From assembly GCA_013239625.1 (NCBI GenBank), contig MU054391.1, positions 2,199,130 through 2,263,129 on the forward strand: DNA of 64,000 bases, given 5' to 3'. Positions 63,590 to 64,000 of the stretch are shown here, one piece after another (positions within the stretch are counted from its first letter, which is position 1; each line of letters begins with the position of its first letter). Source of the stretch: Lama guanicoe. Its lineage: Eukaryota. The notes under the pieces are model-generated. The model was given only the letters and a program-made list of their open reading frames with translations, was not told where the DNA came from and searched no databases. Made by a program: the position numbers and the translations under genes.

Positions 63590-63858
63590 TGTACCAGTTT
63601 CTCAGGCTGCCGCAACCACGAACCTCAGACTAGGGGGCTCACACGCAGACCTCTACTGTCTCAAAGTTCTGGAGGCTGGGTGTCCAAGAGCGAGGTGTCG
63701 GCAGGGCTGGTGTCTCCCGAGGCCCATCTCCTTGGGGTGCGGAGGGAAGGTCAGCTTCCTGCTGTGTCCTCGGGCGGCCTTCCCGCTGTGCGTGAATCCC
63801 TGAGTCTCTCTGTGTCAATGTCCTCGATTATAAGGCAGGTCCCGTCAGGAGTTAGGGT
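63590..63858 (-). mobile_element. MLT1B-like MaLR LTR fragment
   Basis: GTTCTGGAGGCTGGGTGTCCAAGAGCGAGGTGTCGGCAGGGCTGGTGTCTCCCGAGGCC...TTATAAGG. Confidence 0.8.
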
Positions 63859-64000
63859 TAACAAGGCCAAGAGTCCCAGGACAGTGCTTTGCGAGAATTT
63901 TGCACTGGGAAGAAGTGGGCTTGCCCTTTTCTGCGTCATAATTCTGTGCAGTGGATTTTGGCATGGAAGTTTTGACGTTAAAAACAAACAAATGCTTCCT

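Noticed and set aside
1..64000. CRISPR arrays, operons or other prokaryotic systems; assignment to a named gene locus
   Set aside because: Sequence is mammalian and repeat-rich, with no repeat-spacer array or gene-dense coding; no exon was recognisable enough to name the locus

Overview
Mammalian nuclear DNA, most likely camelid (inferred from a tRNA-Ala-derived Vic-1-like SINE and young camelid-type L1 3' UTRs recognised from memory, not from a database search), with one 11-N assembly gap. I find no supportable protein-coding gene: the long ORFs are GC-rich stop-poor artefacts or decayed L1 ORF1/ORF2. The window reads as gene desert or a very long intron made of old repeats (L1M, L2, MIR, MER5A1, MER58, MLT1, MLT2), a few young L1/SINE insertions, several CpG-rich islands and unique enhancer-like stretches. 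I cannot support a wholly new biological system. The best leads are: (1) local AT-to-GC substitution footprints that appear to have turned dead transposons into CpG islands, with internal controls (two MER58 copies, the two TSD copies of one SINE); (2) an MLT2-derived CpG island carrying an expanded (GCGCAG)n NRF1-like array; (3) an 80-bp quasi-palindrome with inverted TCF/LEF sites; (4) a twin-primed L1 lying tail-to-tail with another young L1; (5) scattered strong + strand splice signals, including a possible recursive splice site or microexon. Repeat family names and boundaries are approximate.
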